From: Cyanobacteria bacterium J06626_4
GTDB taxonomy: Bacteria > Cyanobacteriota > Cyanobacteriia > Phormidesmidales > Phormidesmidaceae
Direction of reading: 5' to 3'
Length of the DNA stretch: 18,079 nucleotides
NCBI GenBank assembly: GCA_038523235.1
Contig: JBCBJQ010000117.1
Span: forward strand, 1-18,079
Shown here: positions 9,297 through 17,175 of the stretch, one piece after another
How the letters are laid out: every line of letters begins with the position of its first letter
Position numbering within the stretch: the stretch's first letter is position 1
Notes under the pieces: model-generated
What the model was told of the DNA's origin: nothing
Databases searched by the model: none
Seen by the model: the letters and a program-made list of their open reading frames with translations, nothing else
Position numbers and translations under genes: made by a program

Positions 9297-9560
9297 ATGA
9301 CTCAAATCCTGGATGCGTTACCCACCCATCATCCCCATCAAATCCTCTGCCGCTACGCCAATCAATCACCGACTTTGCAGGTGGTGCGCATTACCAATAT
9401 TCCCCATTGGTATTTTGAGCGGGTGGTTTTTTCCCGTGACTGTCTTTTCTTTGCCGCCGTCCCTGGGGCCATCCTCGAAATCTATAGCGGTGACAACATG
9501 ACCACGTTACGCGCTGACTCTATTCCCTGCGATCGCTTGCAGATGACGGCATCCGATTAA
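9297..9560 (+). CDS. DUF1830 domain-containing protein
   Basis: ILCRYAN..LQVVRITNIPHWYFERVVF...LEIYSG...DSIPC resembles the cyanobacterial DUF1830 family. It starts 2 bp after the znuB stop. Confidence 0.8.
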   Translation: MTQILDALPTHHPHQILCRYANQSPTLQVVRITNIPHWYFERVVFSRDCLFFAAVPGAILEIYSGDNMTTLRADSIPCDRLQMTASD

Positions 9561-9583
9561 CTCGACGTTTTGAGGCCGACATC

Positions 9584-10594
9584 ATGTCCTCTTCATGCTC
9601 AGAACTAACGCCCAAACGAGGAATGCCGGTCACCCTCATCACCGGATTTTTAGGCAGCGGCAAAACCACGCTACTGAACCACATTTTGACCAACCGCCAA
9701 GAGTTGAAGGTGGCGGTGCTGGTGAATGAGTTTGGTGACATCAACATCGACAGCCAACTACTGGTGTCGGCGAATGAAACCATGGTGGAGCTGAGCAATG
9801 GCTGCATCTGCTGCACGATCAATGACAGCCTGGTGGATGCGGTGTATACCGTGTTGGAGCGGGAAGAGCCGATGGACTATCTGGTGGTGGAAACGACCGG
9901 AGTCGCCGATCCCTTACCCATTATGGTGACGTTTTTGACCACGCAGTTGAAAGCGTTTACCCGCCTCGACTCTGTGATCACGGTGGTCGATTCGGAAACG
10001 TTTACCGAAGATCACTTTCGCAGTGATGTCGCGCTCAACCAATTGGTCTATGGCGACATTATTTTACTGAATAAGGCTGATTTAGCGCCTGAGGCCAAGT
10101 TAACCCAACTCGAAGCCTACATTCACAGCGTCAAAGAACGGGCTCGACTCCTCCGGTGTTCGCTGACCGCAGAAGCCGATGACTTGCCGCTTTCTGCCTT
10201 GCTAGATGTCGGGTTAGCCGCGCTCCCGGTATTGAGTCTGGACACAGAGGAGTGTCAGACATTCAATCGGACATCCCCCCATCTAACGCAGGATGGCTTT
10301 GTCTCGGTGCCGTTTAGGAGCGATCGCCCCTTTAACCTGACCAAATTCGAGCACTTTTTGATGACTCAAATGCCTGTAGATATCTTTCGAGCCAAAGGCA
10401 TTCTCTGGTTCGAGGGAGAAGAGCAGCGCCATATCTTTCAGCTCAGCGGCAAACGGTGCAGCATCAACCCCGAACCCTGGACCGCCCCACCACAAAATCA
10501 ACTTGTTTTCATTGGTCGCCAGTTGAACCCCTTGCAACTGCACCAACACCTCACCAATTGTTTGGCCGGTAGCCGCGTCTCGCTTTTGTCGTAA
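9584..10594 (+). CDS. COG0523 (CobW/ZigA-family) G3E GTPase, putative Zn metallochaperone, without His-rich insert
   Basis: GFLGSGKTT, NEFG, NGCICC (CxCC), VVETTGVADP, NKAD and a CobW_C domain (FRAKGILW, LVFIGR). Confidence 0.92.
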   Translation: MSSSCSELTPKRGMPVTLITGFLGSGKTTLLNHILTNRQELKVAVLVNEFGDINIDSQLLVSANETMVELSNGCICCTINDSLVDAVYTVLEREEPMDYLVVETTGVADPLPIMVTFLTTQLKAFTRLDSVITVVDSETFTEDHFRSDVALNQLVYGDIILLNKADLAPEAKLTQLEAYIHSVKERARLLRCSLTAEADDLPLSALLDVGLAALPVLSLDTEECQTFNRTSPHLTQDGFVSVPFRSDRPFNLTKFEHFLMTQMPVDIFRAKGILWFEGEEQRHIFQLSGKRCSINPEPWTAPPQNQLVFIGRQLNPLQLHQHLTNCLAGSRVSLLS

Positions 10595-10681
10595 AGCGAG
10601 AGGGCCAAACCCAGATTGGGCTCACCTTCGACCAGATCGGAGTCGCCCAATATCCGTGCCATCAAGGCGCGTTCCGCTCCT

Positions 10682-10706
10682 GGGGGGAGTGCAAACTTCC
10701 CCTTTT
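10682..10706 (+). terminator. Terminator/attenuator-like hairpin upstream of folE
   Basis: GGGGGGAGT-GCAA-ACTTCCCC-TTTT: 8-9 bp stem, GNRA loop and a short U tract. Confidence 0.5.
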
Positions 10707-10728
10707 CTACCGTAGTTAGGACTGATTT

Positions 10729-11367
10729 ATGACGTTATCTTTTTCTCGTGACGATATGCGCTCAGGGACGCTCAAAACTAAAGCCGAGTCCCCCGTCTCT
10801 GCTGAAGAGATGGAGCAGGCCGTTCGCACGCTGCTGCTCGGTTTGGGCGAAGATCCTGATCGCGAAGGACTCGTTGACACCCCCAAGCGCGTCGTCAAGG
10901 CCCTGAAGTTTCTCACTTCCGGTTATCACCAATCCCTCGACGACCTGCTCAATGGCGCTGTCTTCCACGAAAACGCGAACGAAATGGTGCTGGTGCGCGA
11001 CATCGACCTATTCAGCTCTTGCGAGCACCACATTCTGCCCATTCTGGGGCGCGCCCACGTCGCATATATCCCCAACGGCAAGGTGATTGGCCTGTCTAAA
11101 ATCGCTCGCATCTGCGAAATGTATGCCCGCCGTCTGCAAGTGCAAGAACGGCTCACCGCCCAAATCGCCGATGCCCTGGGAGGGTTGCTGAAACCCCAAG
11201 GTGTTGCCGTCGTCGTCGAAGCGACCCACATGTGCATGGTGATGCGCGGCGTCCAAAAGCCCGGCTCTTGGACCACCACCAGCGCCATGCGTGGCACCTT
11301 TGCCGAAGACCCCAAAACTCGCCAGGAGTTCATGAGCCTGATTCGCCATAGCCCGAGTTTCCACTAA
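10729..11367 (+). CDS. folE: GTP cyclohydrolase I (Zn-dependent type IA)
   Basis: [41 protein letters not shown] and HMCMVMRGV. Zn-ligand Cys/His/Cys are retained. Confidence 0.96.
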   Translation: MTLSFSRDDMRSGTLKTKAESPVSAEEMEQAVRTLLLGLGEDPDREGLVDTPKRVVKALKFLTSGYHQSLDDLLNGAVFHENANEMVLVRDIDLFSSCEHHILPILGRAHVAYIPNGKVIGLSKIARICEMYARRLQVQERLTAQIADALGGLLKPQGVAVVVEATHMCMVMRGVQKPGSWTTTSAMRGTFAEDPKTRQEFMSLIRHSPSFH

Positions 11368-11625
11368 GGCGAAGAGGTAAGGGGGGAAGAGGGTAGGGGG
11401 TAAAGGGTCCTAGGTGAAAGGAAATAGGGAATAGGGAATAGGGATTAGGTGAAATCCAAAACCAAGAGCCTAATACTGAAAAGCCCAACTCCCTGTCTCA
11501 CCCATCCATCCAAGCCCTCCGGGCAGGCTGTACCCTCACACCCAGCCACCCCACACCCAGCCACTCCCCTACTCCCCACCTACCTCATCCACCCATCCAC
11601 ACGCCCCTACTCCCCCACTCCTCCC
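11368..11625. repeat. G-rich then C-rich low-complexity intergenic repeat tract (STRR-like)
   Basis: G tracts and AATAGGG x3 (about 11378-11445), then CCAC(C/T)CC / CCCCTACTCC repeats up to the ATG at 11626. Confidence 0.75.
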
Positions 11626-12735
11626 ATGCTAAAAACCTCTGACACCATCGACACCCGTCTACCCGTCACCATCATCACGGGCTTTCTCGGCAGTGGCAAA
11701 ACCACGCTGCTGAACCACATTTTGCAAAATTTCGATGCCTTTCGCGTCGCGGTGCTGGTGAATGAATTTGGTGACATTAATATCGACAGTCAATTTCTGG
11801 TCACGGTTGAACAGGACATGGTGGAGCTGACCAATGGCTGTATCTGCTGCACCATCAACGATGACCTCATGCAAGCGGTGTATCGGGTGCTGGAGAAACG
11901 GGACAGGATTGATTACCTCGTCGTTGAAACCACGGGCGTTGCTGACCCGCTACCGATTACCCTCACCTTTCTCGGCACGGAATTGCGGGATATGACCCGT
12001 CTGGATTCCATCCTGACCATGATTGACGCCGAGACCTTTGAACCGGATTTGTTCAATAGCCAGGCGGCGATGAGCCAGGTAGCCTATGGGGATATTCTGC
12101 TGCTGAATAAGACTGATTTAGTCTCGCCAGAACGCCTCGGAGCCGTGGAAAAAGGACTTCGCAATTATCGAGAAGACGTCAAAATTCTCCATTCCCAACA
12201 TGGTCAAGTGCCCTTGCCGTTGATCATTGATGTGAAGGCGGGCGATCGCGGCCTGTATCAAGCGGTGGCTCGGGCCGATGCCGAAAAAGCCGCCCACGAG
12301 CATGATCATGACCACGAGCATCATCATGATCATGAGGCTCACGACCATGGGCACCACCATCACGAAGAGCACGACCACCATGGGCACCACCACGACCATG
12401 ACCATCCCCACGAACACCACCATCATCATTCTGACCACCTAGATAACGATGGTTTTGTGTCGATGGCGTTTCGCGCCGACCACCCCTTCTCGCTCAAAAA
12501 GTTTCAGCAGTTCCTCGACTTTCAGCTGCCAGACGAACTCTTCCGCATGAAGGGGATTCTTTGGTTTAAGGAAAGCCCTGCCCGTCACTTTTTCCAACTC
12601 ACGGGTAAACGGTTTCAGCTCGAAGACTCGCAATGGCCAGGGTCACCAGGCACTCAACTGGTTTGCATTGGCCGCAAACTGGATCTCAACGTGATGGAAG
12701 CCAAGCTCAAGGACTGTATCGCAGATGAAGACTAG
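11626..12735 (+). CDS. COG0523 (CobW/ZigA-family) G3E GTPase with His-rich insert
   Basis: GFLGSGKTT, NGCICC, ETTGVADP, NKTD, an approximately 48-aa His-rich loop and CobW_C. The ORF-track extension from 11449 is translated repeat DNA. Confidence 0.92.
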   Translation: MLKTSDTIDTRLPVTIITGFLGSGKTTLLNHILQNFDAFRVAVLVNEFGDINIDSQFLVTVEQDMVELTNGCICCTINDDLMQAVYRVLEKRDRIDYLVVETTGVADPLPITLTFLGTELRDMTRLDSILTMIDAETFEPDLFNSQAAMSQVAYGDILLLNKTDLVSPERLGAVEKGLRNYREDVKILHSQHGQVPLPLIIDVKAGDRGLYQAVARADAEKAAHEHDHDHEHHHDHEAHDHGHHHHEEHDHHGHHHDHDHPHEHHHHHSDHLDNDGFVSMAFRADHPFSLKKFQQFLDFQLPDELFRMKGILWFKESPARHFFQLTGKRFQLEDSQWPGSPGTQLVCIGRKLDLNVMEAKLKDCIADED

Positions 12736-12817
12736 GTTTTAGTGGTCTGTCAGTGCTCAATTTATGGGTTGTTGACTTTCAGAACGATGGCAATCCGGAT
12801 TGATTTCGATAGGGCAA

Positions 12818-12834
12818 ACGGGCAAGATGCCCGT
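12818..12834. repeat. REP-like hairpin ACGGGCA-AGA-TGCCCGT
   Basis: Perfect 7-bp inverted repeat. Confidence 0.55.
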
Positions 12835-13053
12835 CCAAACAAGACACCTGCTCTTCAGATTTTGAGGATGCACAAATTTAAACTTGGCGCTGCACTAGGT
12901 TCTGAGTATTGAATTTCATTTATTCCCTGTCCCCTATTCCCTTTCACCCAATACCCCTCCACCCAGCCCCCCCCCCCCACACCCAATTCCCATAACCAAA
13001 CCCACACCCACACCCAACGCAAACAGCCCTTTACCCCCATCCATCCGGGGCAG

Positions 13054-14466
13054 GTGACGATGTATTGCTGCGGGGTAACGGTCTACGACGACTGCCACCT
13101 GGGTCATGCCCGGTCATACCTGGGCTGGGATGTGCTGCGGCGCTATCTGCGCTGGCGGGGGTACACGGTTCATTACGTGCAAAACTTCACTGATATTGAC
13201 GACAAAATTCTCAACCGGGCCAGAGCCACAGGCTCGACAATGGTGGCCGTTTCAGAGCGCTACATCCAGCACTACTTTGAGGACATGCACCGCCTGAATG
13301 TGATGGATGCCGATGAGTATCCCAAAGTGACGGAGCATATTGAGGCGATTCATGCGTTAATTGGCCAGCTCGAAGCGAAGGGCTATGCCTATGCTGCTGG
13401 GGACGATGTGTATTATCGGGTGGAGCAGTTTGCCGACTATGGCCAGCTTTCGGGGCGATCGCTAGAAACGATGCAGGCCGGCGCGAGTGGTCGCGAGCTG
13501 GCCGCGACTGCTAAGACCAACCCAGCAGACTTTGCCCTCTGGAAGGGTGCCAAACCTGATGAACCGGCGTGGGATTCGCCTTGGGGACCGGGGCGACCAG
13601 GCTGGCATATTGAGTGTTCTGCCATGATTCGCGCTCGGCTCGGGGCGACCATCGATATCCACGGTGGCGGCGGCGACCTGGTGTTTCCCCATCACGAGAA
13701 TGAAATCGCTCAGTCTCAGGCGGCCAATGGCAAGCCCCTGGCCAATTACTGGCTGCACAACGGCATGGTGACGGTGAATGGTGAAAAGATGTCGAAATCT
13801 CTGGGCAATTTCACCACGATCCGTGACTTGTTGGATGGAGCCTGGGCAGGATATCCGCAGCCACTAGACCCGGTAGCGGTACGGCTGTTTGTGCTGCAGG
13901 GGCATTATCGGAAGCCGCTGGATTTCACTAAGGATGCGATCGCTGCCGCCATCAACAGTTGGCAAACGCTGAAGACTGGACTTTGCTTTGGCGACCACCA
14001 CGGAGCCGCGCTGGGATGGTCAGTCGCCACCCTCCAACCTTCTCCCCAGGAACTCAGCCTAGACAACCCCTGGGTCGAACGGTTCCAAACCGCCATGGAC
14101 GATGATCTGAACACGTCAGGTGCTCTGGCGGTGCTCTTTGAACTGGCCAAAGGGCTACAGCGGGAGGGGAATCGTTTGGTTCACGAGGGGCAATCGCAGT
14201 CTAGTCCTGATCGGCTTTTGGAGCAGTGGCAAACTCTAATGCACCTGGCCCAGGTATTGGGGTTTGAGGCCCCAGACGACGGTGATACTGATGCCGCAGC
14301 AGGTGACTTGGATGAGGGCGCGATCGTCGACCTGATCCAGCAGCGCCAAACGGCTCGGCAACAGCGCGACTTTGCCACGGCAGATGATATTCGCGATCGG
14401 CTAGCGGCAGTGGGGATCTCATTAGTTGACCAACCCGATGGCGAAGTCCGCTGGCATCGACAGTAA
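13054..14466 (+). CDS. cysS: Cysteine--tRNA ligase (N-terminal start codon missing or garbled)
   Basis: MYCCGVTVYD, HLGH (HIGH), QNFTDIDDKI, DFALWK, GRPGWHIECSAM, FPHHENEIAQ, KMSKS and the C-terminal DFATADDIRDRL. Homology extends upstream in frame (TQRKQPFTPIHPGQV) with no ATG. Confidence 0.93.
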   Translation: MTMYCCGVTVYDDCHLGHARSYLGWDVLRRYLRWRGYTVHYVQNFTDIDDKILNRARATGSTMVAVSERYIQHYFEDMHRLNVMDADEYPKVTEHIEAIHALIGQLEAKGYAYAAGDDVYYRVEQFADYGQLSGRSLETMQAGASGRELAATAKTNPADFALWKGAKPDEPAWDSPWGPGRPGWHIECSAMIRARLGATIDIHGGGGDLVFPHHENEIAQSQAANGKPLANYWLHNGMVTVNGEKMSKSLGNFTTIRDLLDGAWAGYPQPLDPVAVRLFVLQGHYRKPLDFTKDAIAAAINSWQTLKTGLCFGDHHGAALGWSVATLQPSPQELSLDNPWVERFQTAMDDDLNTSGALAVLFELAKGLQREGNRLVHEGQSQSSPDRLLEQWQTLMHLAQVLGFEAPDDGDTDAAAGDLDEGAIVDLIQQRQTARQQRDFATADDIRDRLAAVGISLVDQPDGEVRWHRQ

Positions 14467-14524
14467 ATCAACGATCGCGCCAACAGCTCTAGGCTTACAA
14501 CGGAGAGAAATTATACTGAACTCG

Positions 14525-14645
14525 TCTACCTAATCACCCATATCGGGGAGTTAGGCTGGCGTATTTCCACCTAAACGCCCAAATTAGGGAATTAGGCTGA
14601 AAGATTTCTACCTAATCACCCATATCGGGGGAGTTATGCAGAATG
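14525..14645 (+). repeat. Three 41-bp-period direct repeats, each with CCTAA..TTAGG-type arms
   Basis: Units start at 14525, 14566 and 14607. Units 1 and 3 share TCTACCTAATCACCCATATCGGGG(G)AGTTA. Confidence 0.85.
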
Positions 14646-14669
14646 CGCCAGTCCAATAAATAGTTATCC
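14630..14669 (+). mobile_element. Putative integron attI site (core G/TTATCC at 14663)
   Basis: The GTT core lies 17 bp before the cassette ATG, is complementary (6/7) to the R'' box of the downstream attC, and is preceded by direct repeats. Confidence 0.55.
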
Positions 14670-14679
14670 CTTAGACCTT

Positions 14680-15197
14680 ATGCCCACACTAAACGAAATC
14701 ATCGAACGGTTTCGTGCTGGATCGGTCGACGATGCGCTCTGGCTCTAGTAAGCGATGACGATAACGAATTGACAATCGACACCCCCGCTGACCTCGGATG
14801 CCCAGACTACAACCATGAAACTGATGAGGAAATCCATCCACCCGGTTTCACCGAACGCGGTTTGTCATGCACTATTGAAGCCCACGCAGTGGATGCCAGT
14901 ATCGAATGGTCCGACAGGCTCTCTGGTGAACGGGACAATCAAGCCGCTGCGAAGATAATTCAATACTACATCCGCTTCGATGCATGGCCCGAATCTCTGG
15001 ATGCGCCGGACCCACCGCCTGCCGAAGAGTCATTGCGGCGAATTTATCGTGCGTTCGCTGGCAGCTTAGGTGCCGAGCGTCCAGACACAAAATGCAAACG
15101 CCAAAACTGTGACCATGGAACTGTTACGATGAGCGTTTTGTGCAAACGCCATCATTTCGAGAACGTTAAGGGCGTAGACTATCCCTTTGACGACTGA
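14680..15197 (+). pseudogene. Integron gene cassette ORF, hypothetical protein, frameshifted
   Basis: MPTLNEIIERFRAGSVDDALWL* (stop 14746-48). Adding one base gives WLYVSDDDNELTIDTP..., joining ORF 14769..15197 (172 aa in total). The stop lies 2 bp before the attC. Confidence 0.7.
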
Positions 15198-15199
15198 CG

Positions 15200-15290
15200 A
15201 GATAACAAAAAAATGCACCCGAGTCGCGAAGTCGGGCGTTTTAGCAATTGAGAATCTCTCGTCGCGACCGGGTGATTTTAGGCGTTACGC
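15200..15290 (+). mobile_element. Integron attC recombination site (91 bp)
   Basis: R'' AGATAAC and R' GTTACGC. The arms AAAAT(G)CACCCG(A)GTCGCGA / TCGCGACCGGGTGATTTT pair perfectly apart from two extrahelical bases (15215, 15222). Confidence 0.88.
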
Positions 15291-15421
15291 GAATTACACA
15301 CTTGCTCTGGAAGCTTCTTACGTAGAAGATTCAGAATGCCTCTCTGTAACCTACTTCCAAGTCGATTCGTCGGGAAAGCAAAAGCTCCCCGTTTAATACG
15401 CTAGGCTCTACAAGTCTCCCA

Positions 15422-17164
15422 ATGAAACATGAATTTTTCCCGACAATACCGGCACTAGCAACCATGTCACATCCATCTAAATCATCTGCTGAGCCCTATG
15501 TAACGACCTTCGATGAGTTTGTGCAATTAGCGGATTATTCTCTGATGGATACCCTAAATGCCGACCCTGACGCCACGGTCGATGGCGATGATCACCGTCC
15601 TCGCGAGGTTTTTTCGGGTCATTTTGTCCCGGTGACACCCACACCGCTGGCAGAACCAGAATACGTAGCCCATAGCAGCACTTTTTTTAAGGAACTTGGG
15701 TTGAGCGATGAGCTGGCGCTGGATGAGAACTTTCGCCGTGTATTTTCGGGTGATCTCTCTGCTGCCCATGAGCCGATGCGGCAGGTGGGCTGGGCGACGG
15801 GGTATGCCCTATCGATTTATGGCACCGAATATATCCAAAATTGTCCCTTCGGGACGGGGAATGGGTATGGCGATGGTCGGGCGATCTCGGTATTTGAAGG
15901 CATCATTAATGGCCAGCGTTGGGAAATGCAATTGAAAGGGGGTGGCCCAACGCCTTATTGCCGGGGTGCCGACGGCCGGGCAGTGCTGCGTTCTAGTGTG
16001 CGTGAGTTTCTAGTGCAAGACTATATGCACGCTTTGGGGGTACCCACATCGCGTTCTTTGACCCTGTATGTTTCGAAATCTGAGACCGTGACCCGGCCTT
16101 GGTACTCGCAAGACTCTTGCTCCGCCGAGCCTGATGTTTTGGCGGACAATCCTGTAGCCATTTCCACGCGCGTTGCCCCCTCCTTTTTACGGGTGGGTCA
16201 GCTAGAGTTATTTGCCCGCCGCACGCGCAGCAATGCCCACCCCAAAGCCTCAGAAGAGTTGCGCCTGATCGTGTCGCATTTAATTGAGCGAGAGTATAAA
16301 AGCGACATTAATCAAACCCTTAGTTTTGCCGATCAACTGGTGGAGTTGGCGAAGCTGTTTCGCCAGCGTCTGACGTCACTGGTGGCCAATTGGCTACGGG
16401 TGGGTTACTGCCAGGGGAATTTTAATAGTGACAACTGCGCCGCTGGCGGCTTTACCCTCGACTATGGCCCCTTTGGGTTTTGTGAAATTTTTGACCCTTG
16501 GTTTCAACCTTGGACCGGCGGCGGCGATCACTTTGCCTTCATCAATCAGCCGAGGGCAGCAGAAGCGAATTACTATATGTTTTGGAAAGCGGTGAGACCG
16601 CTACTGGCAGACGATGCTGACGCGTTAGAACAGTTCGACCAAGTCGGCCGTGGCTTTACAGAAGCCATGCAAACACAGGTTCAAAACATGTGGGCGGCCA
16701 AACTGGGATTGACTGAATTCGACCCAGAGCTATTTAAGCAATTAATGCAGCTAGTGACCCATTCAGATGTGGATTACACCATCTTCTTCCGCGAGTTATC
16801 CCACATACCAGAGGATGTCTCAGCCTTGAAAAAGAGCTTTTATGGTAAAACGTCACAACAGTTCGAGGACGAATGGCAAGCTTGGCTAAAAAACTGGCGC
16901 GGCCTCATCAACGACGGCAATTTGACTGCAATCTCAACCAAGATGAAACAGACTAACCCCAAATACACCTGGCGAGAGTGGTTAGTCGTCCCGGCCTATC
17001 AACAAGCCATGCAGGGTGACTACACGTTAGTGAAAGAGTTGCAAGCAGTCTTTAGCCATCCCTATGATGAGCAGTCACAAGCAGTAGAAGATAAATACTA
17101 TCGTCTAAGACCGAGCGTGTTTTCTGATGTCGGTGGTGTGTCGCACTATAGCTGTTCATCTTGA
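15422..17164 (+). CDS. selO: Protein adenylyltransferase SelO/YdiU family
   Basis: [62 protein letters not shown] and a C-terminal CSS. The start may be ATG 15464. Confidence 0.9.
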   Translation: MKHEFFPTIPALATMSHPSKSSAEPYVTTFDEFVQLADYSLMDTLNADPDATVDGDDHRPREVFSGHFVPVTPTPLAEPEYVAHSSTFFKELGLSDELALDENFRRVFSGDLSAAHEPMRQVGWATGYALSIYGTEYIQNCPFGTGNGYGDGRAISVFEGIINGQRWEMQLKGGGPTPYCRGADGRAVLRSSVREFLVQDYMHALGVPTSRSLTLYVSKSETVTRPWYSQDSCSAEPDVLADNPVAISTRVAPSFLRVGQLELFARRTRSNAHPKASEELRLIVSHLIEREYKSDINQTLSFADQLVELAKLFRQRLTSLVANWLRVGYCQGNFNSDNCAAGGFTLDYGPFGFCEIFDPWFQPWTGGGDHFAFINQPRAAEANYYMFWKAVRPLLADDADALEQFDQVGRGFTEAMQTQVQNMWAAKLGLTEFDPELFKQLMQLVTHSDVDYTIFFRELSHIPEDVSALKKSFYGKTSQQFEDEWQAWLKNWRGLINDGNLTAISTKMKQTNPKYTWREWLVVPAYQQAMQGDYTLVKELQAVFSHPYDEQSQAVEDKYYRLRPSVFSDVGGVSHYSCSS

Positions 17165-17175
17165 TAGCGTCATAT

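Noticed and set aside
10729..11367. Zn-independent FolE2 (GCYH-IB)
   Set aside because: The motifs are those of type IA FolE with Zn ligands intact.
11449..11625. Pro-rich N-terminal extension of the second COG0523
   Set aside because: It is a translated C-rich repeat tract; homology starts near ATG 11626.
12855..13040. 61-aa minus-strand Trp/Val/Gly-rich ORF
   Set aside because: It is a translation of the low-complexity C/A tract.
14525..14645. Possible mini CRISPR array
   Set aside because: There are no unique spacers (units 1 and 3 are identical throughout their core) and no cas genes.
15187..15396. 69-aa [18 protein letters not shown]...
   Set aside because: It is a translation across the attC site, a typical spurious ORF.
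17150..17175. Selenocysteine read-through or an attC at the selO end
   Set aside because: The protein ends CSS-TGA followed at once by TAG, with no SECIS-like hairpin and no R'' box (GCGTAAC) or attC arms.
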